Below, piece after piece: positions 10,965 through 20,616 of a stretch of 64,000 nucleotides of DNA (position 1 is the stretch's first letter; every line of letters starts with the position of its first letter). Source of the stretch: an uncultured archaeon (lineage in GTDB: Archaea > Asgardarchaeota > Lokiarchaeia > Sigyniarchaeales > SOKP01); the NCBI GenBank assembly GCA_964388035.1, contig CAYLZE010000008.1, positions 22,000 to 85,999 on the forward strand, written 5' to 3'. Both the position numbers and the translations under genes were made by a program. The notes beneath the pieces are model-generated. The model was not told the origin of the DNA and ran no database searches. It worked only from the letters and a program-made list of their open reading frames with translations.

Positions 10965-11349
10965 TTGATAAATAATTCTAAAACTGAATATAATTAAAAT
11001 TAATGATTTTTATCTCGTCAGCTCGATTCAATATAAAATATTTTGGATGGAATCAAGAAAAAAGAAATAAGAATATGTTATCATTTAAGGCAAGATATTT
11101 TAAATCTGAAGCAAGGAAGCGTCTGCTAATTCTTTTAAAAGTTTATTTCGAATAGAACCTTCAATAACTGCCTCTTCCTTGGCTTCTCCAAAACTTTTTA
11201 TTAATTCTTTATCGACAAACATCGTGATTTTTATTTACTTCTTTATATATAAACTCAAAGAAAATGTATCAGATATAGGTAAATGAGTTTTTATAATAAT
11301 CCAATTGGATTTCTAATTTGCTTATTTTTAAAAAGAATAAAGAATGGAA

Positions 11350-12096
11350 TTAATAAAAAAGATTTTCTAGCTTGCAGTATCCAACTACATCATCCCGTAA
11401 AAATATTTGAAATGGGAAGGTTTTATCTTTATAGGGTTTAAGAATTTCTAAAAGCCGACCATGATAAGGGCTTTCAAACATTTCTTTATTTTCCATTCCT
11501 ACACCTTCAGAATATTGATATTGCTGCAGTACAAAATTACCCTCAAAATAATTACTTTCTAAGAATTTTAAGATTAGATCAATGTCCTCTGGAACATGAA
11601 GATTCTCAACATAAGTAGTACGTACTTCAAAATCAAGACTTTTTTCTTCATTAATAAGTTCAAAGGATCGAATAATTACTTCTGGTTTTATCTCGACTTT
11701 AGTTATCCGCTTCAATTGTTCTCGTTCAAGTGGGCCTTTGATATCCAAAGCAAATCGATTCACGTGAGGAATAAGGCTCTCGATTACTCGAGGATTGGAG
11801 CCATTTGTATCAATACTAATATATTTATTCAATTTTGAAGCACGAATGCAAAAATCTAGTAGATCTTTTTGTAAGGTGGGCTCCCCTCCTGTAATACTTA
11901 TTGCACTCACTAAATAATTGTTTTTAATCAAGGTAAGAAGTTCACTAATACTATATTCTTTTCCCACTTTAAGGTTTAATAAATATTTATTATGGCAAAA
12001 TTCACACTTAAAATTACATCCCACCGTGAAAAAAACCATGCTTGATTTCCCAGGAATATCTTTCGTGGAAATTTCTATTATCCCGCCCAGTTTAAT
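11350..12096 (-). CDS. nrdG: Radical SAM glycyl-radical activating enzyme (anaerobic RNR activase, NrdG-like); extended to an ATT start
   Basis: IKLGGIIEISTKDIPGKSS N-terminus, GCNFKCEFCHN, ITGGEPTLQ, DTNG, DIK and EVRTT. Confidence 0.85.
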   Translation of the reverse strand: MKLGGIIEISTKDIPGKSSMVFFTVGCNFKCEFCHNKYLLNLKVGKEYSISELLTLIKNNYLVSAISITGGEPTLQKDLLDFCIRASKLNKYISIDTNGSNPRVIESLIPHVNRFALDIKGPLEREQLKRITKVEIKPEVIIRSFELINEEKSLDFEVRTTYVENLHVPEDIDLILKFLESNYFEGNFVLQQYQYSEGVGMENKEMFESPYHGRLLEILKPYKDKTFPFQIFLRDDVVGYCKLENLFY

Positions 12097-12152
12097 TCAA
12101 CTTTCACCTTCTTTTTGAATTAAAGATTCTATAATTAAAATTAGTTATTGTA

Positions 12153-12878
12153 TTAAATATTGTTTACAATGATTGGAATGAGGATACCAAAAAATTTTCT
12201 CAATAGATTAACATTTAATCTAATCCTTCTAGAGAGTTCCAATTGAAATGCATTAATATTTTCCCTTTGGAAGTAGTGATAAAGAATATAGCCTCCTGAA
12301 TATGCGACGTTATAGTCATCTAATCCAAGGCCGTCATCCAGCGTGAATTTACGAGATAATTCTAATACCAATTCCGAAAAAACCCAATATTTAGGTTTTT
12401 CTGAGTCGGCTTTATTGGAGGAAGTCAATAGATATTTTAGAGAGTTTCCAAAAATATTGCCTAGTATGAAATCTGGATAATCTGATCGGGGTCGCGTGTA
12501 TCCATGAATATCAATTACTAAGCACTTCTTATACTTTTCAGTACATTCATTGGAATAGTGGGTCAAGATATCATGATAAAAATCATAAATCTCTTTTGCT
12601 TCAGAAGATCCTTTAAAATATGATGAAATTGAAAGAGGAGGTCTATTAAAATCAATCTTGCTTCTATGAATTTTACTAATAACATAATAAGGTCTAATAT
12701 CATGTTCATGTAAAAGCCTTACGATCTGTTTAGTTATCCAGAAGGTATTATCATCTGGTAATTTATCTCCTTTTAATTTGTCAGGGATTATAACAGGTTT
12801 TTTAAACCCTCCATGAGGACATGATAAGATAAGTGGCACATTCCCTTTCTCATGCTCGATGTATCTTTGAATCCACAC
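12153..12878 (-). CDS. N-formylglutamate amidohydrolase family protein
   Basis: PLILSCPHGG, RSKIDFNR, YH, IDIHG, YSGG and QLE. Confidence 0.85.
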   Translation of the reverse strand: MWIQRYIEHEKGNVPLILSCPHGGFKKPVIIPDKLKGDKLPDDNTFWITKQIVRLLHEHDIRPYYVISKIHRSKIDFNRPPLSISSYFKGSSEAKEIYDFYHDILTHYSNECTEKYKKCLVIDIHGYTRPRSDYPDFILGNIFGNSLKYLLTSSNKADSEKPKYWVFSELVLELSRKFTLDDGLGLDDYNVAYSGGYILYHYFQRENINAFQLELSRRIRLNVNLLRKFFGILIPIIVNNI

Positions 12879-13253
12879 TTCAAATAAAGAAATTATTTAA
12901 TTTATACTAGTAATAATCAATCACAGCAAAAAAAATAATGTAACTTGAAATGCATTCCTCATCTTTCTTTGTTTTTTTATAATCAGTTAATCATTTTGCT
13001 CTTTTTTTATGTACTTTCAATTAACTATAAACATATTATATTATAATTTTTTGAGAAACGTTCGAATATTTAAATTGTCGACTTATTCAATAAATACGAG
13101 CACAGATAACAACTATATATATGATATAACTTATAGAGGCAGACATCAAAACAAAAGTTTTATAAATTCTCCTATTTTATTTATATTAAACAATTTTGTA
13201 CATTTCCAGTCTTTTTAATATCAAATATAGGAATTAAATATGGGGATTTAATA

Positions 13254-13547
13254 ATGGAATTAGATGATGTAATTTCTTTTTTGAAAAAGAAAGGATTCAA
13301 GGACACTTTTTACGTTTTGACAAAGTTTAAAAACAATAAGACCGACAAACACACCTTTTATGATGAGTTAAATAAATTCAGCTATTATAACTCATTTTTT
13401 AGAGTAAAGGAAGATCTCCTTGACAAGGGCCTTATAGAGATTAAAAATCATAATAACATGAAAACTATAGGGTTGACGAAAAAAGGGGAGAATATTTACG
13501 CGAAATTAATGGAGATTAACCAGCTTATTAATACCAAAAATACTTAA
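13254..13547 (+). CDS. Small winged-helix DNA-binding-like protein
   Basis: LLDKGLIE...IGLTKKG wing motif typical of MarR/ArsR-like wHTH proteins. Confidence 0.6.
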   Translation: MELDDVISFLKKKGFKDTFYVLTKFKNNKTDKHTFYDELNKFSYYNSFFRVKEDLLDKGLIEIKNHNNMKTIGLTKKGENIYAKLMEINQLINTKNT

Positions 13548-13642
13548 AATTTAAGATTTAACGATTCTTATTATTCTTAATTTTTTATTTATCACCTTTA
13601 ATTCTTATCTATATTTCGATTAAGTGAGACTTTTATTTCCCC

Positions 13643-14275
13643 ATGATATTTAAAAAAGTAATTATTGGACCATTAACTACCAATTGCTATATTTTCGGCT
13701 CATCTCAGACAAGAGAGGTCATCGTAATAGATCCCGCATTTGAAATCGATCAAATTCAGCAAAATATCAATACTTTAGGAGCGCGTCCTATAGCGGTATT
13801 AATAACGCATTCGCATTTTGATCACGTCATGAAGGTTAAAAAATTCTTGCGTATTTATAATGTACCTTTAATGTACAGCAAGAGGGATTACAAAAATGGA
13901 ATGAGTCCTTTAGTAGAAGCAGATCGATGGTTAAATGAAGGGGATACTATAAAAGTGGGGGAATTGACAATACACGTATTAGAGACTCCCGGACATTCTC
14001 CAGGTTCTCTCAGCTATTATTGTAAAGATGTGAAAGAATTTGATGAAAAGAAAGTGGACGGCTTGATATTTACGGGAGATTTGCTATTTAGGAGAAGTAT
14101 TGGCAGATCAGACGTGCCAGGTGGAGACCAAAGAATTTTATTTGAAAGCATTAAAAATAAAATCATGTATAATGGAGAATTATCTGATGATTTTATTGTC
14201 TTACCCGGCCACATGGGATCTACCACCATCGGTGAAGAAAGAAAACAAAATATGTTTAGACAATATTTCTTGTAG
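13643..14275 (+). CDS. Metallo-beta-lactamase fold hydrolase (glyoxalase II-like)
   Basis: THSHFDH, TPGHSPG, FTGD and PGH. Confidence 0.93.
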   Translation: MIFKKVIIGPLTTNCYIFGSSQTREVIVIDPAFEIDQIQQNINTLGARPIAVLITHSHFDHVMKVKKFLRIYNVPLMYSKRDYKNGMSPLVEADRWLNEGDTIKVGELTIHVLETPGHSPGSLSYYCKDVKEFDEKKVDGLIFTGDLLFRRSIGRSDVPGGDQRILFESIKNKIMYNGELSDDFIVLPGHMGSTTIGEERKQNMFRQYFL

Positions 14276-14318
14276 AAATAGGATTATATAAAGGATTTTT
14301 TATCATATTGCGACGAGA

Positions 14319-14804
14319 ATGACAAGAAAAGTATTAGTATTTGAACCAAAAAAATGTATTGGGTGTAGACTTTGCGAACAAATCTGCTCCATGACTCATT
14401 TTAATATGACTAATCCAAAAAAAGCGTCGATTCGTATTATACGGGATACCGTGGCACAGCTTGATCTTGCAATTTATTGTCACCAATGTAAAAATCCTCC
14501 TTGTGTAAATGCGTGCAAGTTTGATGCACTTTCAATAGAACCCATGACTCATGCGATCCATGTAGAATCGGAAAAATGCATTTTATGCAGAAAATGTATC
14601 CAAGAATGTCCCCATGCTGCTCCATCCATCCATCCGACGGAGGAATATGTTTTAATTTGCGATTTGTGTAAAGGAAAACCTGCTTGTGTAGAAATTTGTC
14701 CCGAACACGCCATTCAATATCTTGAGGTTGCGAGGGCAGATAACATTTATAAATCAATTTACGTGAAAGAAATGGCGCAAAAGTTAATTCAGGAGGAAAA
14801 TTAA
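14319..14804 (+). CDS. 4x[4Fe-4S] electron-transfer subunit partnered with AOR
   Basis: CIGCRLCEQIC, CHQC..PPCVNAC, CILCRKCIQECP and CDLC..PACVEICP; ends 1 nt before aor. Confidence 0.9.
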   Translation: MTRKVLVFEPKKCIGCRLCEQICSMTHFNMTNPKKASIRIIRDTVAQLDLAIYCHQCKNPPCVNACKFDALSIEPMTHAIHVESEKCILCRKCIQECPHAAPSIHPTEEYVLICDLCKGKPACVEICPEHAIQYLEVARADNIYKSIYVKEMAQKLIQEEN

Positions 14805-14805
14805 G

Positions 14806-16632
14806 GTGGTTTTAGCAACAAGCATCTATGGAAAAGTTCTGAGAATAAACCTTACTGAGAAGAATTATAGAGTAGATACTTATGGTCGACAAGAAGTAGA
14901 ACTCTTTTTAGGCGGAAGAGGATTGGGAGCTTATTTTTTATTCAAAGAAGTTCCTCCCAGAATGGACCCATTAGAGCCAGAGAATAAATTGATTTTTATG
15001 AATGGCCCCTTGGCTGGGACATTAATTCCAGGAAATAATAAAGTATGCGTTACTTTTAAATCACCACTAACAAATAGTTATTCTTACTCTTTATGTGGAG
15101 GACATTGGGGTCCCGAGTTAAAATTTGCAGGGTATGATGGATTAATCATTGAAGGAAAGGCTGATCGCCCCGTATTCATATGGATTAATAATTCAGAAAT
15201 TAAGATTAAACCTGCTGAAAACATTTGGGGAAATACGATTCCAAAAACTGAAGAATTAATTCGAAATGAATTAGGTGATGATAATTCCATTCAAATTGCC
15301 GGGATTGGGCAAGCAGGGGAAAAATTGGTTAGTTATGCTTGTATTACTGCGGGATTATATAGAGAATTTGGTCGAGGCGGCTCGGGTGCGGTAATGGGTT
15401 CGAAGAATTTGAAAGGAATTGCAATAAGTGGGTCAAATGATGTTAAGGTGGTATGTCCAGAGGATGTAATAGCGTTAAGTAAGAAACTTATTCAAAATGT
15501 ACGAAATTCTAAAATAGGTCAAGTTCGAAGAATTTATGGGACGATGGAATTAGTTGAGCGCATTAATAATGCCGGATTTTGGGTGACACGTAATTTTTCT
15601 GAAGGCCATTTTAAGGATGGATACAAATTGGAAGGTACTCAAATGCGCGAAAAAATAATTTCCGGGGATAGTTCCTGTTTTGGATGCCCAATCGGATGCG
15701 GAAAATGGACTTTCATCCAAAATGAAGAAGACTTGTCAAAAATTCAAATGGAAGGTCCCGAATTTGAAACCGTAGGCATGTTGGGTTCCAATTGTGGCAT
15801 AAGTAGTTGGAAAACGCTTCTAAAGGCATCAAAGATTTGTGATACTTACGGACTCGATACCATTAATGCTGGAGCGTGCATTTCTATGGCGATGGAAGCT
15901 TTTGAAAAGGGAAGATTGACCCTAAAAAATACAGATAACATCGAGTTAAAATTCGGCAACGATGCTGCCCTCCTTGCAATGTTAGAAAAAATTGGTAATC
16001 GAGAGGGATTAGGGAATATTTTAGCAAAAGGCGTAGAACGAGCGGGAATTGAGTTAAAAATAGTTGACTTAGCAAATCATTCTAAAGGACAATCTTTTCC
16101 CGTATATGACCCTAGAGGTGCTAAAGCAATGGCTCTCACGTATGCAACATCCCCTAAAGGCGCTCATCACATGTATGCGACCACTTTTGGATTAGAACTC
16201 AGTCTTGGGAACCGATTTGAAGAAAAAGGAAAGGGTGTTATTGAAAGAAATCAACAATTTAGCATGGCCATTGTGGATTCGATTGCACTCTGTTCCTCAA
16301 TGCGGGGTGGAATACCTCTTGAGGATCAAGCCGAAGCATTTTCTCTTGTGACCGGAATTCCCATGAATGTTGAAAGGTTAACTTTAGCTGCTGAACGGAT
16401 AATAAATCTTGAGCGAATGTATAATGTAAGACTGGGCTTTAATAGGAGCAATGACACTCTTCCTGAAAGATTTACCAAAGAGACATTATCCGATGGTAAT
16501 AGCAAGGGGCAAATAGTAGATTTGAATTATTTATTAGATGATTATTACAGCATTATGGGGTGGAACTCTAACGGGGTTCCAAAAGAGAAGAAATTGAAAG
16601 AACTTGGATTACTCGAGTTAATTACTCCTTAA
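14806..16632 (+). CDS. aor: Tungsten-dependent aldehyde:ferredoxin oxidoreductase family enzyme
   Basis: LGGRGL, KSPLT, LKFAGYD, GRGGSGAVMGSKNLK, CFGCPIGC, EGPEFET, DTYGLDTI and YYSIMGW. Confidence 0.95.
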   Translation: MVLATSIYGKVLRINLTEKNYRVDTYGRQEVELFLGGRGLGAYFLFKEVPPRMDPLEPENKLIFMNGPLAGTLIPGNNKVCVTFKSPLTNSYSYSLCGGHWGPELKFAGYDGLIIEGKADRPVFIWINNSEIKIKPAENIWGNTIPKTEELIRNELGDDNSIQIAGIGQAGEKLVSYACITAGLYREFGRGGSGAVMGSKNLKGIAISGSNDVKVVCPEDVIALSKKLIQNVRNSKIGQVRRIYGTMELVERINNAGFWVTRNFSEGHFKDGYKLEGTQMREKIISGDSSCFGCPIGCGKWTFIQNEEDLSKIQMEGPEFETVGMLGSNCGISSWKTLLKASKICDTYGLDTINAGACISMAMEAFEKGRLTLKNTDNIELKFGNDAALLAMLEKIGNREGLGNILAKGVERAGIELKIVDLANHSKGQSFPVYDPRGAKAMALTYATSPKGAHHMYATTFGLELSLGNRFEEKGKGVIERNQQFSMAIVDSIALCSSMRGGIPLEDQAEAFSLVTGIPMNVERLTLAAERIINLERMYNVRLGFNRSNDTLPERFTKETLSDGNSKGQIVDLNYLLDDYYSIMGWNSNGVPKEKKLKELGLLELITP

Positions 16633-16734
16633 ATTACATTCTTGTTCCAACATTCATTCCTACCTTTTTACTTAAAACGTCTCAATTTTTTTAACTTTAG
16701 CATAGAATTATTTTGCTTCGCTTAATTAAAGAAA

Positions 16735-18027
16735 TTGAAAATGGTAAATTTACAAATACCTAATTTTAACATTAAAGATTATGAACTACCCAAAGTTCGC
16801 TGTGTTCAGCAAGCTATTCCTCTTCCATTAATTGAAAATATCGAATCCAAAATAAGAGAAGAGTTGAAAAAGATTGGCATAAATGAAAATATAAAAATGG
16901 GAGAGAAAATTGCCATTACTGCGAGTTCTCGAGGAATTCCAAATCAAGCACTCATTTTAAAAACCATAGCTACGTACTTTAAAGAGTTAAAGACAGAACC
17001 TTTTATTATTCCCGCCATGGGAAGTCATGGAGGAGCAACGGCTGAAGGGCAACTTTCTTTATTACGAGATTATGGAATTACTGAAAAAAAAGTAGGATGC
17101 CCCCTTAAATCCTCAATGGAAGTTGTTAAAATAGGAGAAACCAATACGGGTATACCTGTTTATTTGGATAAATATGCCGCCCTTGCGGATAAAATCTTCA
17201 TTTTTAATCGAATAAGGAGTCATTCTAAATTCATTGGAGAAGTAGAGAGCGGATTAAGCAAGATGTGTCTCATGGGATTAGGAAAACATGAGGGAACGAA
17301 ATTATACCATCAATTTATCGAACAACAATCGTGGCCTGAAGTGGTAGACGCTATACGAAATGTAGTTTTTAATAAAGCTAAAATCATCGGGGGCTTGGCA
17401 ATTATCCAAAATATTAATAATCAAATAGCAGAACTGCATGCTCTGCGTCCAGAAGAGTTTTCTACCAAAGAGCCTATTTTATTGCAGAGATATAAAGAAT
17501 TGACTGAGAAAATGCCTTTTCAATATATTGATTTATTAATTGTTGATGAAATGGGAAAGAATATCTTTGGAACGGGAATGGATACTAACATTACAGGAAG
17601 AAAATCAGTTTCAAAAATTAGGATAAAATGGTTATTCGTACGGGATTTAACTGAGGAAACCCATGGTAATGCGCAAGGAATTGGTTTGGCAGATTTTACC
17701 ACTAAGCGAGTGATAGAAAAGATAGATTTATCAAAAACCTATTTAAATGCATTAACTGCTTATCGAACAGATTCTCCTAAATTACCTATCATTCTCTCCA
17801 CTGATAAAGATGTCTTTAACATTATCTCATTCCTCCTAGGTCCAGATGAGATGAGCTCCTTGCAAATGGTATGGATCCAAAACACGTCAAAGTTGCTTAA
17901 AATGTTAGTCTCAGAAGCTCTATTTGAACAAGTTCAATCAAACGAACTTCTCAGATTTTGCGGTGAAGCAGAATCTATAAAATTTGATTCTGAAGGATTT
18001 TTGATAACCTCTAAAAAATATTGGTAA
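16735..18027 (+). CDS. Lactate racemase (LarA/DUF2088)-like domain protein
   Basis: IAITASSRGI, PAMGSHGGATAEGQ, ESGLSKM..GLGKH, MGKN..GTGMDTN and HGNAQGIG. Confidence 0.85.
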   Translation: MKMVNLQIPNFNIKDYELPKVRCVQQAIPLPLIENIESKIREELKKIGINENIKMGEKIAITASSRGIPNQALILKTIATYFKELKTEPFIIPAMGSHGGATAEGQLSLLRDYGITEKKVGCPLKSSMEVVKIGETNTGIPVYLDKYAALADKIFIFNRIRSHSKFIGEVESGLSKMCLMGLGKHEGTKLYHQFIEQQSWPEVVDAIRNVVFNKAKIIGGLAIIQNINNQIAELHALRPEEFSTKEPILLQRYKELTEKMPFQYIDLLIVDEMGKNIFGTGMDTNITGRKSVSKIRIKWLFVRDLTEETHGNAQGIGLADFTTKRVIEKIDLSKTYLNALTAYRTDSPKLPIILSTDKDVFNIISFLLGPDEMSSLQMVWIQNTSKLLKMLVSEALFEQVQSNELLRFCGEAESIKFDSEGFLITSKKYW

Positions 18028-18186
18028 TAGAACTCTTAAATTATTTATTCAACCATAACTTATTCCGTCTGTTTCTTGATCATGATCAAGCTACTCTTGA
18101 AAGTGATCTATTTCTTAGCTCACTTTCATGTTTTTAAATATTTGGACAATAATCTCAAGCTGGAATTCTTATTCTTTTAAGTATTT

Positions 18187-19281
18187 TTATTTTGAAAAAA
18201 ATAATCGAACATTTTTACTGTAATCAGCATCGCTCAATATGTTAGAATTATCGATAAATTGACTTATTGTTCCGATGGGATATTTAATTTTGTCAAATCT
18301 CACTTTCAATTTTTTATTAATTTCTCCAATAATGGGTTTGAAATTAACTATTCTTTGCGAACGGGTGAAGAAGTTCTGAGCTTTAAGCTCTACCTTAGGA
18401 ATGATCTTCAACGAGTTGATTTTTTGAACTAGTTCCAGATATGCATTGCATATTAATTTCTCCCTCAGTCTCCAATTCCTTTCAAAAACTGTTTCGGTTA
18501 AGATTGGCTTGAGAACTGGAGCAAGAGATAGCCCTTCAAAGGCTTTTCCAAACCATTTGGGATATGGGATATATTTCTTTTCGAGAATAAATGCCATTTC
18601 CATTATAAATTTTACCAATCGATTAGTTTCAATCAATGATCCCAAGTTATCACCCGTTTCTCCTGTCCTCCCTATGAATGCCATTTCTTGAGATATTCGG
18701 TCTAATTGTGCTACAATTTTAAATAGCCATATGGAGTGAGGATAATAGGCTAAAGCCTTCCGTGCTTGGGTTAAATCTCCATAGCTATCATAAAAGACCT
18801 TTCCTGAAGTAAATTCAAGCAAAATTTGTTCTGGGATAGAAACCCACTCCAGTTCGCTTAGTTCAGGTGAAGGTACTGATAAATTCTCTCTCAGATATGA
18901 CTTTACAGTGTAAATTTCAATTCGATGATTAATAGGAGATTTATCCTTTTCTTCAAGAAACTGATTCATTGAATCATTCGGATCGGGTTCCGACCAATGA
19001 GTGGAATATCCGAGAAATGACGTTGGCAAGGTTTGCCTCAAGAGTTCTTTAATTTTTAAATGATAAGCTTTAAAATCTTCGTCTTTTAGGAAGATATGGA
19101 ATCTTGGTCCCCAATGATGGTCTGTTGAGATGTTATCATCATACCCTAAAACTTCAGATCCTTGACCTATTAATCCGGCGGCATAATCTAAATTGGGGTA
19201 ATTATTTTCTATCTTCTCCTTTACTACCTCCTTATAAAAGCGTTCAGATAATATTAATCCAGATAAAAAAGATTTAGTCAA
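18187..19281 (-). CDS. DUF4037-type nucleotidyltransferase-fold protein
   Basis: GLIGQGSEVLGYDDNISTDHHWGP, TSGKVFYD and YIPYPKW; GAGGTG SD before a TTG start. Confidence 0.8.
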   Translation of the reverse strand: MTKSFLSGLILSERFYKEVVKEKIENNYPNLDYAAGLIGQGSEVLGYDDNISTDHHWGPRFHIFLKDEDFKAYHLKIKELLRQTLPTSFLGYSTHWSEPDPNDSMNQFLEEKDKSPINHRIEIYTVKSYLRENLSVPSPELSELEWVSIPEQILLEFTSGKVFYDSYGDLTQARKALAYYPHSIWLFKIVAQLDRISQEMAFIGRTGETGDNLGSLIETNRLVKFIMEMAFILEKKYIPYPKWFGKAFEGLSLAPVLKPILTETVFERNWRLREKLICNAYLELVQKINSLKIIPKVELKAQNFFTRSQRIVNFKPIIGEINKKLKVRFDKIKYPIGTISQFIDNSNILSDADYSKNVRLFFSK

Positions 19282-19625
19282 TTAATACACCTCAAGGATA
19301 TACACTTTTTATGAAAAGAAAGAAATTCATAGTAATCTTTTCGCATTATATCCAATGAGGATATATATCATTATTGCTTTTTAATTGTTCTTTATTTCTC
19401 ATGAATATGATTATGAAATTATTTCTCTTCTTTAGAGTATCTTTTACTCTGAATTAGATTAGGATTTAACCCAGAAAATAAGGAGAAGTATCACTTTTAA
19501 TTTCATAACGCTATATTTAGAAAAAGAAGACTTGATCATGTAATACATTAAATTTTCATAAAATATTTCGTATAGGTTTTAAGAAAAGTAACCAAATAAT
19601 AATTTTAGATTAATGCACTAAAAAA

Positions 19626-19910
19626 TTATTTTAATACAATTAATATCAATGAGCTTTCTAAGGCGATCATAATTTCTCCTTTTGACGTCTCTAGTCGGAT
19701 AAATCTCATGGTACCTTCTTGGAGAGCCTCAACAACTTGTTTGGATTTTCCGATTAAACTGGTAATATATGCAGATACAGATTCCGATAATTCCGTATCG
19801 AGATTTGATTTTATAGGAAGCCCGGATGAATCACAAATAATTACTCCCCGCACACCTTCCTTTTCTTCAAAGCGTCTGATGATTGCTTTTACCTCGTTAG
19901 TGTCAATCAT
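19626..19910 (-). CDS. Roadblock/LC7 protein, dynein light chain DYNLRB-like
   Basis: EVKAIIRRF..KEGVRGVII...GLPIKS...FIRLETSKGEIMIA...LILIV follows the eukaryotic DYNLRB pattern. Confidence 0.88.
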   Translation of the reverse strand: MIDTNEVKAIIRRFEEKEGVRGVIICDSSGLPIKSNLDTELSESVSAYITSLIGKSKQVVEALQEGTMRFIRLETSKGEIMIALESSLILIVLK

Positions 19911-20154
19911 TCTATTTTATCACTCTTTTAATAAAAATGAATTGAGATATTTCGATTTTATTATTAATATTATAGCGTTATTTACATAAAAATCTATTTA
20001 AATTCTATTTGAAAAAACCGCAAATTGAAGTGGAAGGATATAACTTGTTTAAACATTAAAGACATAGAATTTAAATCTTAATTTTTTTATTACTTATTTA
20101 AGCAATTTCATATTAATTATATTTATAATGAATTATTTATAGAGAAGAATTTGC

Positions 20155-20502
20155 ATGAGTAAAGAAGAGATTGAGCCGAAATTAGCTGAATTAATGGATA
20201 ATGTTCCCGAATGTGAAGGTTTAATCGCTGCGGATAAAAATGGAACGGTGATCGTAGGGCAAACTATCACGGATATGGATCATTCTAAAATAGCAAAGGC
20301 TTGTGCGAAAATCATTCAAGATTCAAATGAATTAGGGAAAGATATCGGAAAAGGATCCTTAAAAGCGACCACGATTGAATTGGACAATGGTTATGCAGTT
20401 TTAGTTGGTTCAGACGAGACAATATTAATATGTTTAACGGGTATTGATGGAAAAGCTTCTTTAGCCCTATTAAAACGTAATCTTATCTCAATTTTAAAAT
20501 AA
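20155..20502 (+). CDS. Roadblock/LC7 (MglB/LAMTOR-like) protein
   Basis: L.ELM.NVP..EGLIAADKNG.VI, followed by helix and LG..IG.G.L....IE...G topology. Confidence 0.8.
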   Translation: MSKEEIEPKLAELMDNVPECEGLIAADKNGTVIVGQTITDMDHSKIAKACAKIIQDSNELGKDIGKGSLKATTIELDNGYAVLVGSDETILICLTGIDGKASLALLKRNLISILK

Positions 20503-20616
20503 CTTCAATAATCCCCTATAAAAAAACTAAGTTATAAGAAGATTTTATTGCTTTTTCCTATTTTTTTTTAAATTTATCATTAAAAATAACTAATTTTGTT
20601 TAGAAGTTATAAGGTA

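Noticed and set aside
13009-13218. 69-aa ORF upstream of the wHTH gene
   Set aside because: Extremely AT-rich and biased to F/I/N/Y, typical of a spurious ORF in a promoter region.
18098-18130. Eukaryote-like SECIS element (AUGA...hairpin on the minus strand)
   Set aside because: The UGA pairs Watson-Crick with UCA instead of forming a GA/GA quartet, and no upstream gene has an in-frame TGA.
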